DNA of 64,000 nucleotides, taken from NCBI GenBank assembly GCA_035536315.1, contig DATLOJ010000157.1, positions 617-64,616 on the forward strand. The letters run 5' to 3'. The first letter of the stretch is position 1, and every line of letters starts with the position of its first letter. Shown here one piece after another: positions 47,952-58,017 of the stretch. The position numbers were made by a program, and so were the translations under genes. The notes beneath the pieces were generated by a model, which was given only the letters and a program-made list of their open reading frames with translations, did no database searches and had not been told where the DNA came from. The stretch comes from Actinomycetota bacterium (GTDB taxonomy: Bacteria > Actinomycetota > CADDZG01 > JAHWKV01).

Positions 47952-49261
47952 AGCTTCTGGTCAAGGGAGGGCTCGTTGTGGATCCGGCCTCCAATACTGA
48001 GACGACGGCCGACATCCTTGTTGAAGATGGTCGGATCGCCGAGGTTGGGATCGATTTGTCCGCAAAAGGAGCCACGGTTATCGACGCCGACGGGGCGGTA
48101 GTTGCGCCTGGATTTGTCGATCTGCACGTCCATCTGAGAGAGCCCGGCAGGGAAGACGAAGAGACGATCGAAACGGGTTCGCGAGCAGCAGCCGCCGGAG
48201 GGTTCACCTGCATAGTTGCCATGCCAAACACCGATCCCGTTTGCGACAACGCCTCCGTGGCCGAGAAGGTGGCATCCCGCGGACGAATGGTCGGGCTGAC
48301 GGATGTGATTCCGGCAGGGTCGCTGACCAAGGACCTCGAAGGCAAGCACATGAGCCCAATTGCAGAGATGGTTCGGTCGAGCGCGCGAGTGCGGATGTTC
48401 ACCGACGACGGCAAGGGTGTCGCAGACTCACGCCTGCTCAGAAGGGCTATGGAATATATCCGTGGCTTCGACGGTGTTTGCGCCGAACACTGCGAAGACG
48501 CATCCCTCTCGGAGGGTGGGCAGATGAACGAAGGCGAGTTTTCGGATCTTTTGGGCCTCAAAGGCATTCCTGCTGAGGCGGAGGAGGTAGCGCTGTCTCG
48601 TGACCTTGCCCTTGCTAGGCTCACCGGAGTCAGGTTCCACGCGTTGCACGTGTCCACGGCAGGATCGGTCGAGCTGATACGGGCGGCAAAAAAAGCGGGA
48701 GTTCGAGTGACCGCAGAAGCGGCCCCTCACCACATAGGCCTGACCGATTCCGAGCTGCTGTCGTTCGATCCGGTGTTCAAGGTGAACCCCCCCCTGAGAT
48801 CTCAAGCAGACGTTGAGGCGGTCAAGGCCGGTCTTGCCGATGGAACCATCGACGCAATTGCAACCGATCACGCGCCGCATTCACCAGAAGAGAAGGAGGC
48901 CGAGTTCGAGCTTGCTCCCTCGGGAATGCTCGGCCTGGAGACGGCGCTTGCGGTTGCAATCACAGAGCTCGTGAAGCCGGGCGTGATTCCGCTGAGAAAG
49001 CTGGTCGAGTTGATGTCGGTTGCTCCGGCGCGAATTATCGACTCGCCGGAGCAGGGGGGTCCGATTGCAGCCGGGAGCGCGGCGAACCTCGTGGTGTTCG
49101 ACCCCACCGCCGAGTGGACGGTCGAGCCAGAACAGATGCGCTCAATGTCTCGAAACACCCCATGGGCAGGCAGGACCCTTACCGGAAGGATCATTGCGAC
49201 CATCTACAAAGGAGCGGTCACGTTCGAATCCGGCAAGGTGTTGGAAGAGGTGGTCTCTTGA
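47948..49261 (+). CDS. pyrC: dihydroorotase
   Basis: DLHVHLREPG metal-binding motif and amidohydrolase fold. Confidence 0.93.
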   Translation: MKLLVKGGLVVDPASNTETTADILVEDGRIAEVGIDLSAKGATVIDADGAVVAPGFVDLHVHLREPGREDEETIETGSRAAAAGGFTCIVAMPNTDPVCDNASVAEKVASRGRMVGLTDVIPAGSLTKDLEGKHMSPIAEMVRSSARVRMFTDDGKGVADSRLLRRAMEYIRGFDGVCAEHCEDASLSEGGQMNEGEFSDLLGLKGIPAEAEEVALSRDLALARLTGVRFHALHVSTAGSVELIRAAKKAGVRVTAEAAPHHIGLTDSELLSFDPVFKVNPPLRSQADVEAVKAGLADGTIDAIATDHAPHSPEEKEAEFELAPSGMLGLETALAVAITELVKPGVIPLRKLVELMSVAPARIIDSPEQGGPIAAGSAANLVVFDPTAEWTVEPEQMRSMSRNTPWAGRTLTGRIIATIYKGAVTFESGKVLEEVVS

Positions 49262-50409
49262 AAGAAGCCCTTCTTGTGCTGGAAGACGGAGCGGTCTTTC
49301 GAGGTGAGGCGTTCGGGGCCCCGCTCGACGCAAGTGGCGAGGTCGTCTTCAACACTTCGATGAGTGGATACCAAGAGGTGCTGACCGATCCTTCATACGA
49401 CGGGCAGATAGTCGTGATGACCTATCCCCACATCGGCAACTACGGAGTGAACGAAGAAGACGTCGAGAGCTCGAAAATTCGGGTTTCCGGGTTTGTTACT
49501 CGGGACATCCCGGCCCGCTGGTCCTCCTGGAGAGGAAGGCTTGGCATATCCGACTACCTTGCCGAGGAAGGGATCGCCGGGATCACCGAGATCGACACGC
49601 GAAGGCTTACTCGCCACATCAGAGACAAGGGTGCAATGCGGGGCGTCATCTCATCGGCGGGACAAGAACAAGAGGCGCTGATCGCCAAGGCGCGAGCGAC
49701 CCAACAGATGCAGGGGGCCGACCACGTGCTCGACGTAACTACGAACGCGCCTTACGAGTGGCCCTCCACCGACCAGGCCCGTTTTCACGTGGCGGCCTAC
49801 GACTTCGGCATCAAACACAACATCCTTCGTCTTCTAAGCGCCCACGGCTGCAGGGTGACCGTCTACCCCGCAACGACTCCAGCGGAAGCGATTCTCGAGA
49901 CCGCTCCCGACGGAGTTTTCCTCTCGAACGGCCCCGGGGACCCAGAGGCAGTTGGATACGGCATTGACGCGACTGCCAAGCTCCTCGGACAGGTGCCCGT
50001 CTTTGGAATATGTCTGGGGCATCAGCTTCTGGCCATCGCCGCGGGGCTGAAGACATTCAAGCTCCCGTTTGGGCACAGAGGCATCAATCACCCGGTCGTT
50101 CGTGTCGCAGACGGAGCAATTGAAATCACCACTCAGAATCACGGATTCGCGGTAAATCCGGAGCCGTTCGGGTTCGAGGCACCAGATGCTCCAGGACGGC
50201 CGATCTCCCCGGGCCACACTGCCGAAACTCGCCTGGGGCCGGCCCAGCTGACGCATGTGAACCTGAACGACTACACGGTCGAGGGTCTCAGACTTACGGA
50301 GGTTCCGGCGTTCTCCGTCCAATACCATCCGGAGTCAGGGCCCGGCCCCCACGACGCGAGGTACCTGTTTTCGGAGTTCAACGATTTGATGGAACGAGCC
50401 AAGGGCTAA
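49258..50409 (+). CDS. carA: carbamoyl-phosphate synthase small (glutaminase) subunit
   Basis: LKEALLVLEDG N-terminus with a TTG start overlapping the pyrC stop as TTGA. GATase catalytic GICLGHQ. Confidence 0.93.
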   Translation: MKEALLVLEDGAVFRGEAFGAPLDASGEVVFNTSMSGYQEVLTDPSYDGQIVVMTYPHIGNYGVNEEDVESSKIRVSGFVTRDIPARWSSWRGRLGISDYLAEEGIAGITEIDTRRLTRHIRDKGAMRGVISSAGQEQEALIAKARATQQMQGADHVLDVTTNAPYEWPSTDQARFHVAAYDFGIKHNILRLLSAHGCRVTVYPATTPAEAILETAPDGVFLSNGPGDPEAVGYGIDATAKLLGQVPVFGICLGHQLLAIAAGLKTFKLPFGHRGINHPVVRVADGAIEITTQNHGFAVNPEPFGFEAPDAPGRPISPGHTAETRLGPAQLTHVNLNDYTVEGLRLTEVPAFSVQYHPESGPGPHDARYLFSEFNDLMERAKG

Positions 50410-50433
50410 GCCCTCAAAGGAAAGAGGAAGCAC

Positions 50434-50550
50434 ATGGGAAGAGGAGACCGGCCGCAGACGCGCTGGAAGAAAGACAGGCAGGAGAAGAAGAAAGGCCGCG
50501 AGAAGAAGAAGGCGACGGCCAAAGGGAAAACCCGCAAAGGAGCCAAGTAG
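50434..50550 (+). CDS. hypothetical 38-aa hyperbasic peptide
   Basis: ATG 4 nt after a GGAAAGAGGAAG ribosome-binding site. Translates as MGRGDRPQTRWKKDRQEKKKGREKKKATAKGKTRKGAK. Sits in the 143-nt carA–carB spacer; no known family. Confidence 0.25.
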   Translation: MGRGDRPQTRWKKDRQEKKKGREKKKATAKGKTRKGAK

Positions 50551-50553
50551 AAG

Positions 50554-53500
50554 TTGCCGAAACGCGCTGACATCAACACGGTTCTGATCATCGGATCGGG
50601 GCCGATTGTGATTGGGCAGGCTTGTGAGTTTGACTATTCCGGAACTCAGGCGTGCAAGGTGCTGAGGGAGGAGGGGTTGAAGGTGATCCTTCTCAACTCC
50701 AACCCGGCAACGATCATGACCGACCCCGAGCTCACGGACCGGACTTACGTCGAGCCCATTACGCAGGACGTTCTCGAGCGCATCATCGCCAAGGAACGTC
50801 CCGACGCGTGCCTTCCTACCCTCGGTGGCCAAACGGCCCTGAACGCGGCCGTAAAGCTTTCTGAGTCAGGGATTCTGGAGGCGTACGGAGTGGAGCTGCT
50901 CGGCGCGGACATAAAGGCCATTCGTATGGCAGAGGATCGAAGACTGTTTCGTCAGGCAATGCTCGACATCGGAGTGGACCTGCCACGCTCCGGATTCGCC
51001 TACTCGATTGACGAAGCTCTGCGAGTCGGAGAGGAGATCGGACTCCCGGTGGTCGTGCGCGCGTCGTTCACGCTCGGCGGGGGCGGCTCGGGAATAGCAC
51101 GAACCAAACAGGACCTTGTCAGGATTGCCACCGAGGGGCTGGAGCTGTCTCCAATCGCCGAAGTCTTGATCGAAGAGTCGGTCGAGGGTTGGAAAGAGTT
51201 TGAGCTCGAAGTAATGCGCGACCGCAAGGACAACTTCGTCGTCGTTTGCTCTATAGAGAACGTCGATCCCATGGGTGTCCATACCGGAGATTCGGTAACC
51301 GTCGCTCCGGCTCAGACTCTCACCGATCCCGAGTACCAGACGATGCGGGACGTTGCAGCAAAAGTGATCAGGAAGATCGGAGTCGAAACCGGAGGATCGA
51401 ACATTCAATTCGCCGTCAACCCCAAAGACGGCCGGCTCGTAGTGATCGAGATGAACCCCCGGGTCAGCCGGTCCTCGGCCCTTGCCTCGAAAGCCACCGG
51501 CTTCCCAATTGCCAAGATCGCAGCAAAGCTTGCGATCGGCTACACGCTGGACGAAATCCCGAACGACATAACCCGTAAGACACCGGCATCGTTCGAGCCC
51601 TCCATCGACTACGTGGTCGTCAAGGCTCCCCGGTGGACGTTCGAGAAATTTCCCGACGCAGACCGTGTGCTGGGAACGACAATGAAGTCGGTCGGAGAGG
51701 TGATGGCCATCGGCCGCACCTTCCCAGAGGCGCTGCAGAAAGCCATGCGGTCGCTGGAGATCGGCCTCACGGGGCTCGAAAGCGACGGGTGGCCAACGCG
51801 TGACAGATCAAGGCCAGGCGATCTGATGGAGCAGCTGCGAACCCCAACCGAGGACAGGCTCCTAATCGTTGGCGAAGCCCTCGAGAGTGGCTTTGGCGTA
51901 GAGGAGATCAGCAGCGCCTCGGGCATGGATCCGTGGTTCATCTCCCAAATTGCATTAATAGTCGAAATGCGAGACGAGCTGAGAACGGGGCCGCTGGACA
52001 GGCCGTTGATGCGAAGGGCCAAGAGGTTCGGATTCTCGGACGCCCAGATCGCAGTGCTCTCCGGCAGAGACGAAGCGTCGATCAGAAAGATCAGAAAGGA
52101 CTCCGGCCTTCTTCCAACCTACAAAACAGTAGACACATGTGCAGCGGAGTTCGAAGCCTTTACGCCGTACTTCTACTCAACATACGAAGACGAGGACGAG
52201 GGGTTTACTTCAGACAAACGGCGAATCGTGATCCTTGGTTCGGGGCCTAACCGCATTGGACAGGGAATCGAGTTCGATTACTGCTGTGTCCACGCCGCAA
52301 TGGCAGTCAGGGAGGCGGGGCACGACGCGATCATGATCAACTGCAACCCCGAGACGGTCTCCACCGACTACGACATCTCTACCCGCCTTTACTTCGAGCC
52401 CCTCACTTTCGAGGATGTTATGAACGTCATCGACAGGGAACAGCCGGACGGCGTCATAGTCGCCCTTGGGGGACAAACCCCACTCAAGCTGGCAGTGTCC
52501 CTGGAGCAGGCCGGCGTTCCAATAATCGGCACCTCGCCGGATTCGATCGACGCCGCGGAGGATCGGAGCCGATTCACACAGCTCCTGGAGAAGCTCGAGA
52601 TTCTCCAGGCCCCCGGCGCGACAGCCTCATCCGCTGAGGAAGCTGTCGCCGTGGCCCACAGGGTGGGATATCCCGTGCTTGTGAGGCCCTCTTACGTCCT
52701 GGGTGGAAGGGCGATGGAGATTGTCTATAACGATGAGATGTTGAGCAGATACATTCGCTCTGCAGTAGAGGTATCTCCAGCCCATCCCGTTTTGATCGAC
52801 AGGTTTCTCGAAGGCGCTATCGAAGTCGATGTAGACGCGGTGTGTGACGGTACCGACGTTTACATCGGCGGGATCATGGAGCACATCGAGGAGGCTGGTA
52901 TCCATTCAGGCGACTCGGCCTGCGTGCTTCCTCCGTTCTCCATCGGCAAGTCCAAGTCGCGCAAGATTGCCGAAGCAACCGAGCTCCTAGCCCGTTCCCT
53001 GGGGGTCATAGGCCTGATCAACGTTCAGTTTGCGGTCAAGGACGAGGACGTGTACTGCATCGAGGTCAACCCTCGAGCCTCCAGAACCGTCCCATTCGTC
53101 GGCAAGGTCACCGGAATCCCCCTTGCGAAACTCGCGGTAAGGGTGATGCTCGGAGAGAAGCTGGAGGACATCGAAATCCTTCCAGCCAGGCCGGCAGAAG
53201 GGCCGTGGTGGGGAATAGACCAGCTGGATCACGTCGGCGTGAAGGAAGCGGTTCTTCCGTTCGCTCGCTTTCCGGGTGTCGACACCATCCTCGGCCCGGA
53301 AATGAAATCGACCGGGGAAGTCATGGGCATCGACACAGATCTGGGAGCTGCATTCTCAAAGTCCCAGGCGGCGGGAGGCTGGGCGCTTCCGGACAAGGGA
53401 GCGGTTTTCGTATCTGTGGCAGACCGTGACAAAAGAGCGATTGTCTTTCCTGCCAAACGCCTGTCCGATCTTGGCTTCGAGATTCTCGCAACTGAGGGAA

Positions 53501-53790
53501 CCGCGGATGTCCTGGAAAGGGCAGGAGTTGCTGTAAGGCAGGTCAGGAAGCATTCATCCGGGTCGCCGAGCGTCGTCGATCAGATTGCGGCCGGCGAGAT
53601 CGACCTCGTTATCAATACGCCGTTCGGAAGGGGTGCTCGTTCGGACGGCTACTACATCCGCACCGCAGCCGTCGCTAAAGGGATTCCGTGTATCACAACG
53701 CTTGCCGGTATCCAGGCTACGGTGCAGGGAATCGAGTCGGCACGGCGCGGAGGACTCGAAGTGAAGTGTCTGCAGGAGTACCTGCATTGA
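50554..53790 (+). CDS. carB: carbamoyl-phosphate synthase large subunit
   Basis: 1078 aa with two ATP-grasp halves, oligomerisation and MGS-like domains. TTG start ([30 protein letters not shown]). Confidence 0.97.
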   Translation: MPKRADINTVLIIGSGPIVIGQACEFDYSGTQACKVLREEGLKVILLNSNPATIMTDPELTDRTYVEPITQDVLERIIAKERPDACLPTLGGQTALNAAVKLSESGILEAYGVELLGADIKAIRMAEDRRLFRQAMLDIGVDLPRSGFAYSIDEALRVGEEIGLPVVVRASFTLGGGGSGIARTKQDLVRIATEGLELSPIAEVLIEESVEGWKEFELEVMRDRKDNFVVVCSIENVDPMGVHTGDSVTVAPAQTLTDPEYQTMRDVAAKVIRKIGVETGGSNIQFAVNPKDGRLVVIEMNPRVSRSSALASKATGFPIAKIAAKLAIGYTLDEIPNDITRKTPASFEPSIDYVVVKAPRWTFEKFPDADRVLGTTMKSVGEVMAIGRTFPEALQKAMRSLEIGLTGLESDGWPTRDRSRPGDLMEQLRTPTEDRLLIVGEALESGFGVEEISSASGMDPWFISQIALIVEMRDELRTGPLDRPLMRRAKRFGFSDAQIAVLSGRDEASIRKIRKDSGLLPTYKTVDTCAAEFEAFTPYFYSTYEDEDEGFTSDKRRIVILGSGPNRIGQGIEFDYCCVHAAMAVREAGHDAIMINCNPETVSTDYDISTRLYFEPLTFEDVMNVIDREQPDGVIVALGGQTPLKLAVSLEQAGVPIIGTSPDSIDAAEDRSRFTQLLEKLEILQAPGATASSAEEAVAVAHRVGYPVLVRPSYVLGGRAMEIVYNDEMLSRYIRSAVEVSPAHPVLIDRFLEGAIEVDVDAVCDGTDVYIGGIMEHIEEAGIHSGDSACVLPPFSIGKSKSRKIAEATELLARSLGVIGLINVQFAVKDEDVYCIEVNPRASRTVPFVGKVTGIPLAKLAVRVMLGEKLEDIEILPARPAEGPWWGIDQLDHVGVKEAVLPFARFPGVDTILGPEMKSTGEVMGIDTDLGAAFSKSQAAGGWALPDKGAVFVSVADRDKRAIVFPAKRLSDLGFEILATEGTADVLERAGVAVRQVRKHSSGSPSVVDQIAAGEIDLVINTPFGRGARSDGYYIRTAAVAKGIPCITTLAGIQATVQGIESARRGGLEVKCLQEYLH

Positions 53791-54632
53791 TTCAGCAGAC
53801 TTGCGAAGTCCTTAGCTATAAGAAGCTAAGCGAGGAGTATCACCTGATCTCCATCGTTTCGCCCGAGATTGCAGAGGCCGCGAAACCGGGGCAGTTCCTC
53901 GGCCTGCGGCCACCAGCGGGACGCAGCTTCATTCTTCGAAGGCCGTTTTCCATCTACCGGGTAAACAGGCGCGGTGACTGGGCAACCACAATCGAAGTGG
54001 TGTTCGACATCCGGGGGGCCGGAACGGCGGAGCTTGCCTCGCTCCGCCCACACGACACCATCGATGTAATAGGGCCCGCGGGAAAACCGTTCGCGATCCC
54101 GAAGAAGCAGCATTCCTGCCTACTGGTCGGGGGAGGGGTGGGGGCGGTTCCGTTGTTCTTTCTTGGAGATGAGCTGAGGGCATCCGGCAAGCAGGTCGAC
54201 GTGCTTTGGGGTGCGGCGACTGCATCGAGGTTGGTAAGTCCCATCGACGCGAAGCGTCTCGGCTCGATGACTGCTTTTGCCACCGACGACGGGTCTGAGG
54301 GCCATCACGGGCTTGTCACTGAACTGCTACCCGACATGATCAAACGATGCGGGACCGAAGTGATCTATGCGTGCGGTCCTCACGCGATGCTGGCTGCAGT
54401 GACGAGGATTGGCCTCCAACACGGGATCCCTGTTCAAGTTGCTATGGAAGAGCTGATGGGATGCGGAGTTGGAATCTGCATGACCTGCGTTCAGCCGATT
54501 TGGAACAAAGACGGTACATCCGTGACATATCAAAGAACGTGCGTCGACGGTCCTGTTTTCAACGGAGCGAGAGTGGCATGGGACGCCTTCGTGCCGAACT
54601 CGCCACGAGTGTCCGTGCCCGAAGGCAACTGA
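53787..54632 (+). CDS. pyrK: dihydroorotate dehydrogenase electron-transfer subunit
   Basis: FAD/NAD-binding ferredoxin-reductase fold and C-terminal [2Fe-2S] cysteines (CGVGICMTC). TTG start overlaps the carB stop as TTGA. Confidence 0.85.
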   Translation: MIQQTCEVLSYKKLSEEYHLISIVSPEIAEAAKPGQFLGLRPPAGRSFILRRPFSIYRVNRRGDWATTIEVVFDIRGAGTAELASLRPHDTIDVIGPAGKPFAIPKKQHSCLLVGGGVGAVPLFFLGDELRASGKQVDVLWGAATASRLVSPIDAKRLGSMTAFATDDGSEGHHGLVTELLPDMIKRCGTEVIYACGPHAMLAAVTRIGLQHGIPVQVAMEELMGCGVGICMTCVQPIWNKDGTSVTYQRTCVDGPVFNGARVAWDAFVPNSPRVSVPEGN

Positions 54633-55564
54633 TGAGCGAGCAAAAAGTCGACCTTTCCGTCGACCTCGGAGGATTCAAGCTCAAGAACCCAGTTGTCACA
54701 GCTTCAGGATGCTTTGCCTCGGGCAGGGAGGCTGCGGAGTTCATGGATCTCAAGGAGCTTGGCGCCGTTGTGGTCAAGTCCATGACGATTGACCCGTGGC
54801 CGGGCAAGCCAACGCCAAGAATGGCGGAAACCCCGTCGGGAATGCTCAACGCAATCGGCCTTCAGAACAAGGGAGTGGACCATTTTCTTGCGGTGGACCT
54901 TCCCTGGCTGGTGTCGACCAAGGTCCCCGTTATTGCGAGCATCGCCGGGAACACCGTTCAGGAGTTCATGCTCGTTGCTGAGAAACTGAGGCGGGCTCCC
55001 GCCGTGGTGGCCGTTGAGGTGAACATCTCCTGTCCCAACCTCGAAGACCGAAACAACATGTTTGCCCACGACGCGAAAGCAACAGCCTCTGTGATTTCGG
55101 CAGTAACGCGGATGGTCGACAAACCAGTCTTTGCCAAACTCTCACCCAATGTGACCAGCATCCCATCGATAGCAGAGGCAGCGCTCGACGCGGGTGCACG
55201 CGGCATCTCGCTGATAAACACGGTGATGGGAATGGCCATCGACATCGACACCCACCAGCCCAAACTTGCCGGAGTTGTGGGTGGACTGTCGGGGCCGGCT
55301 ATCAAGCCGATCGCGGTGAGGGCCGTGTTCGATGTCCATCGGGCCTTTCCGCACGTTCCGATAATTGGAATGGGCGGCATCATGGATGCCAAAGACGCGA
55401 TCGAGTTCATCCTCGCCGGCGCGACCGCGGTTGCCGTCGGCACTGCCAACTTCATCAACCCTGCGGTGGGAGGGGAAATCTCCAGGGGGATCGAGAGCTT
55501 CTTGAGAACTCGCGGTTTCCGAAGCGTGGCTGCGATTCGAGGCCAGGTGAAGATCGAAGGATGA
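54632..55564 (+). CDS. pyrD: dihydroorotate dehydrogenase (class 1B) catalytic subunit
   Basis: NPVVTASGCF and SISCPN motifs; TGATG overlap with pyrK. Confidence 0.93.
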   Translation: MSEQKVDLSVDLGGFKLKNPVVTASGCFASGREAAEFMDLKELGAVVVKSMTIDPWPGKPTPRMAETPSGMLNAIGLQNKGVDHFLAVDLPWLVSTKVPVIASIAGNTVQEFMLVAEKLRRAPAVVAVEVNISCPNLEDRNNMFAHDAKATASVISAVTRMVDKPVFAKLSPNVTSIPSIAEAALDAGARGISLINTVMGMAIDIDTHQPKLAGVVGGLSGPAIKPIAVRAVFDVHRAFPHVPIIGMGGIMDAKDAIEFILAGATAVAVGTANFINPAVGGEISRGIESFLRTRGFRSVAAIRGQVKIEG

Positions 55565-56247
55565 CCGCAGGCATCATCGTCGCACTCGACGATCCGGACA
55601 TCGAAGTTTCGTCGCGGTTGGCTAAGGACCTCGGCCCCCAGGTCGCGGCATTAAAGGTTGGCCTCACGTCCTGGAGCGCCCATGGCCCAGAATCTGTAAA
55701 GGCGATCCAGCCCTACGGCCGCGTCTTTTACGATGCCAAGCTCCACGACATCCCGCACCAGGTCGGTGGGGCCGCCGCGCAGCTCACTAAGCTCGGGGTA
55801 TGGATGTTCACACTCCATGCGTCGGGCGGGAAGCAGATGATCGAGGCCGCGACGAGAGCTGCGTCGGAGGCCGATTCGTCCCCGATTGTGGCCGCGGTAA
55901 CCGTCCTCACGAGCATCTCGTCCGCAGATCTCGAGAATGTTGGGCAGGGCAGGGACACGTCCTCGCAGGTCCTGCGGCTTGCGGAAGTCGCGCTCTTGGC
56001 GGGGGCCGGGGCTTTGGTCTGCTCCCCGTTCGAGATCGAGGTTCTGCGTCAAACCTTTGGAGACGAACCGATCCTTGTAGTACCGGGAATAAGAGACGTG
56101 GAAGGGGGAGACGACCAGGCCAGAACCATGACCGCCTCCCAGGCCTCCAAAGCTGGGGCCAACTATCTGGTCGTAGGACGGCCAATCACCCAGGCCCCCA
56201 AACCCGTGGCTGCGCTGGGCAAAGTACTCGAGGCGGTGGGGGGCTGA
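55561..56247 (+). CDS. pyrF: orotidine-5'-phosphate decarboxylase
   Basis: IVALD...DAKLHDIP catalytic motifs. Confidence 0.92.
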   Translation: MTAGIIVALDDPDIEVSSRLAKDLGPQVAALKVGLTSWSAHGPESVKAIQPYGRVFYDAKLHDIPHQVGGAAAQLTKLGVWMFTLHASGGKQMIEAATRAASEADSSPIVAAVTVLTSISSADLENVGQGRDTSSQVLRLAEVALLAGAGALVCSPFEIEVLRQTFGDEPILVVPGIRDVEGGDDQARTMTASQASKAGANYLVVGRPITQAPKPVAALGKVLEAVGG

Positions 56248-56807
56248 AGCAGCAGGAGGTTCTTGATCTTCTCGAGAGGGTGGGAGCCATAACGAACGGG
56301 CATTTCGTACTCTCGTCGGGAAGGCACTCGGATCTGTACGCGGAGAAGTTTCGCGCGCTGGAGAGGCCGGAGGTAGCTCGAACTCTCGGAGCAGAAATCG
56401 CATCGAAGTTCGACGGGTCGACAATTGACGTCGTGCTTGCGCCGGCAGTCGGGGCGATTGTCCTCGGTTCATACGTTGCATTGGCGCTGGGAGCTCGCTC
56501 GATCTTTGCGGAGAGAAAAGATGGGGAGATGACACTGCGCCGCGGCTTCGAGATAAAGCCGGGTGAACGCGTCCTGGTAGTAGAGGACGTCATAACTACA
56601 GGTGGCTCCGTAAAGGAGGTAATCGATCTGGTTCCGCACGAGCAGCTGGTTGGCGTCGGACTTCTCCTCGACCGATCGGGAGGCGCCGACCTCGGTGCAC
56701 GTACCGAGTGCCTGGCGAAGCTCGACGCCGAGTCATGGGAGCCTGAAAACTGCCCCCTTTGCCGCGAGGGCGGAACCCCTCAGTCACCGGGCAGTCATTT
56801 CCTGTAG
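56244..56807 (+). CDS. pyrE: orotate phosphoribosyltransferase
   Basis: PRTase motif VLVVEDVITTGGS. Start is uncertain: either a CTG overlapping the pyrF stop or the GTG at 56280. Confidence 0.85.
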   Translation: MKQQEVLDLLERVGAITNGHFVLSSGRHSDLYAEKFRALERPEVARTLGAEIASKFDGSTIDVVLAPAVGAIVLGSYVALALGARSIFAERKDGEMTLRRGFEIKPGERVLVVEDVITTGGSVKEVIDLVPHEQLVGVGLLLDRSGGADLGARTECLAKLDAESWEPENCPLCREGGTPQSPGSHFL

Positions 56808-56808
56808 C

Positions 56809-56837
56809 TTGGCCCAGAACCGCGCCAGGCCTATAAT
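56809..56837 (+). promoter_or_regulatory. strong sigma-A-type promoter candidate upstream of mihF
   Basis: TTGGCC, then 17 nt, then a perfect TATAAT. It shares the GCCTATAATC core with the metK promoter. Confidence 0.5.
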
Positions 56838-56872
56838 CCGCCCGTTTCCGGCCGGGCCAACAAGGAGAAGAC

Positions 56873-57190
56873 TTGCCGCTTCCTCCACCTCTTAGCCCAG
56901 AACAAAGAACTCAGGCCTTGGCAAAGGCCGCGGAGGCGAGGCGCCAGCGAGCAGAGATAAAAGAGGCCCTCAAAGCAGGAAGGACGCAGTTTGCCGATCT
57001 GCTTGGACGGGTCTCTGACGAAGTTGTTGGGAAAATGAAAGTGAGCTCGGTGTTGGAGTCAGTCCCGGGCGTCGGAAAAGTGAGAGCTAGAAAGATCATG
57101 CAACGGCTGGATATCTCGGAGTCACGCAGGTTACGAGGTCTTGGCCTCAAGCAGCGTGAAGCCCTGTTAAAAGAATTCAGCGAGAGATAG
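56873..57190 (+). CDS. mihF: integration host factor (actinobacterial mIHF)
   Basis: 105 aa. LSPEQRTQALAKAAEARRQRAEIKEAL N-terminus, and the position between the pyr operon and gmk, match mIHF. TTG start 5 nt after AAGGAGA. Confidence 0.85.
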   Translation: MPLPPPLSPEQRTQALAKAAEARRQRAEIKEALKAGRTQFADLLGRVSDEVVGKMKVSSVLESVPGVGKVRARKIMQRLDISESRRLRGLGLKQREALLKEFSER

Positions 57191-57750
57191 ACAGGACGCT
57201 CTACATCATCTCCGGACCCTCGGGGGCCGGCAAAGGCACAATCGTCAAGGAAGTCCTCGCGCGCCGTCCGGAAATAAAGCTTGCAGTTTCGGCCACCACC
57301 AGGCCCGCCCGGAGCATGGAAAGGAGTGGAGTCGACTACCACTTCATATCCGAGCGTGAGTTCAAGAGCATGCGGGACAGAGGGGAGTTCCTCGAGTGGG
57401 CGGAGGTTCACGGGAACTTTTATGGCACTCCCAAGCAGCAGATCGATGAGCATTTGGCAGAAGGCAACGACGTGATTCTGGAGATCGACGTCCAGGGTGC
57501 TGCCCAGGTCAAGGGCAGAATGCCCGAAGCCGGACTCATATTTATCGAAGCGCCTTCGATAGAGATCCTTCATCGCAGGCTCTCCGAAAGAGGCACCGAA
57601 CCGTCAGAGGAGGTCTCCCGAAGAATTGCCGACGCCTACGACGAAATCAGGCAGAAGCACCAGTTCGATGGTGTGGTCGTCAACGTAGATCTGCCGGTGG
57701 CGGTCCAAGAGGTGTTACTTTTGATGGACAAGATAAAGGAGAAAACGTGA
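57187..57750 (+). CDS. gmk: guanylate kinase (start codon unresolved)
   Basis: P-loop SGPSGAGKGT and the gmk core run in a frame open from 57160. There is no ATG, GTG or TTG upstream of the P-loop; the first canonical start is at 57316. Confidence 0.8.
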   Translation: MDRTLYIISGPSGAGKGTIVKEVLARRPEIKLAVSATTRPARSMERSGVDYHFISEREFKSMRDRGEFLEWAEVHGNFYGTPKQQIDEHLAEGNDVILEIDVQGAAQVKGRMPEAGLIFIEAPSIEILHRRLSERGTEPSEEVSRRIADAYDEIRQKHQFDGVVVNVDLPVAVQEVLLLMDKIKEKT

Positions 57751-58001
57751 TTTACCCCAAGATCGAGGGCCTTAGCGAGAAGGTGGACAGTCGCTACACC
57801 CTCGTGATTCTGGCGGCTAAGCGGGCTCGTCAGATCAACTCGTACTACTCACAGCTGGGCGAGGGCATCCGAGATTTCGTGCCCCCACAGATCTCCAGGC
57901 TGGGCGAGAACGCCAAAGCACTGTCGATCGCCCTCGAAGAGATCGCAGAGGGCAAGTTCGGTTTCGACCGTCCACCTGAGGTCGAAGACCGAGTCAAGTA
58001 A
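57747..58001 (+). CDS. rpoZ: DNA-directed RNA polymerase subunit omega
   Basis: 84 aa (YTLVILAAKRARQIN); GTGA overlap with gmk. Confidence 0.92.
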   Translation: MIYPKIEGLSEKVDSRYTLVILAAKRARQINSYYSQLGEGIRDFVPPQISRLGENAKALSIALEEIAEGKFGFDRPPEVEDRVK

Positions 58002-58017
58002 AGCCGAAGGGCCTCGG

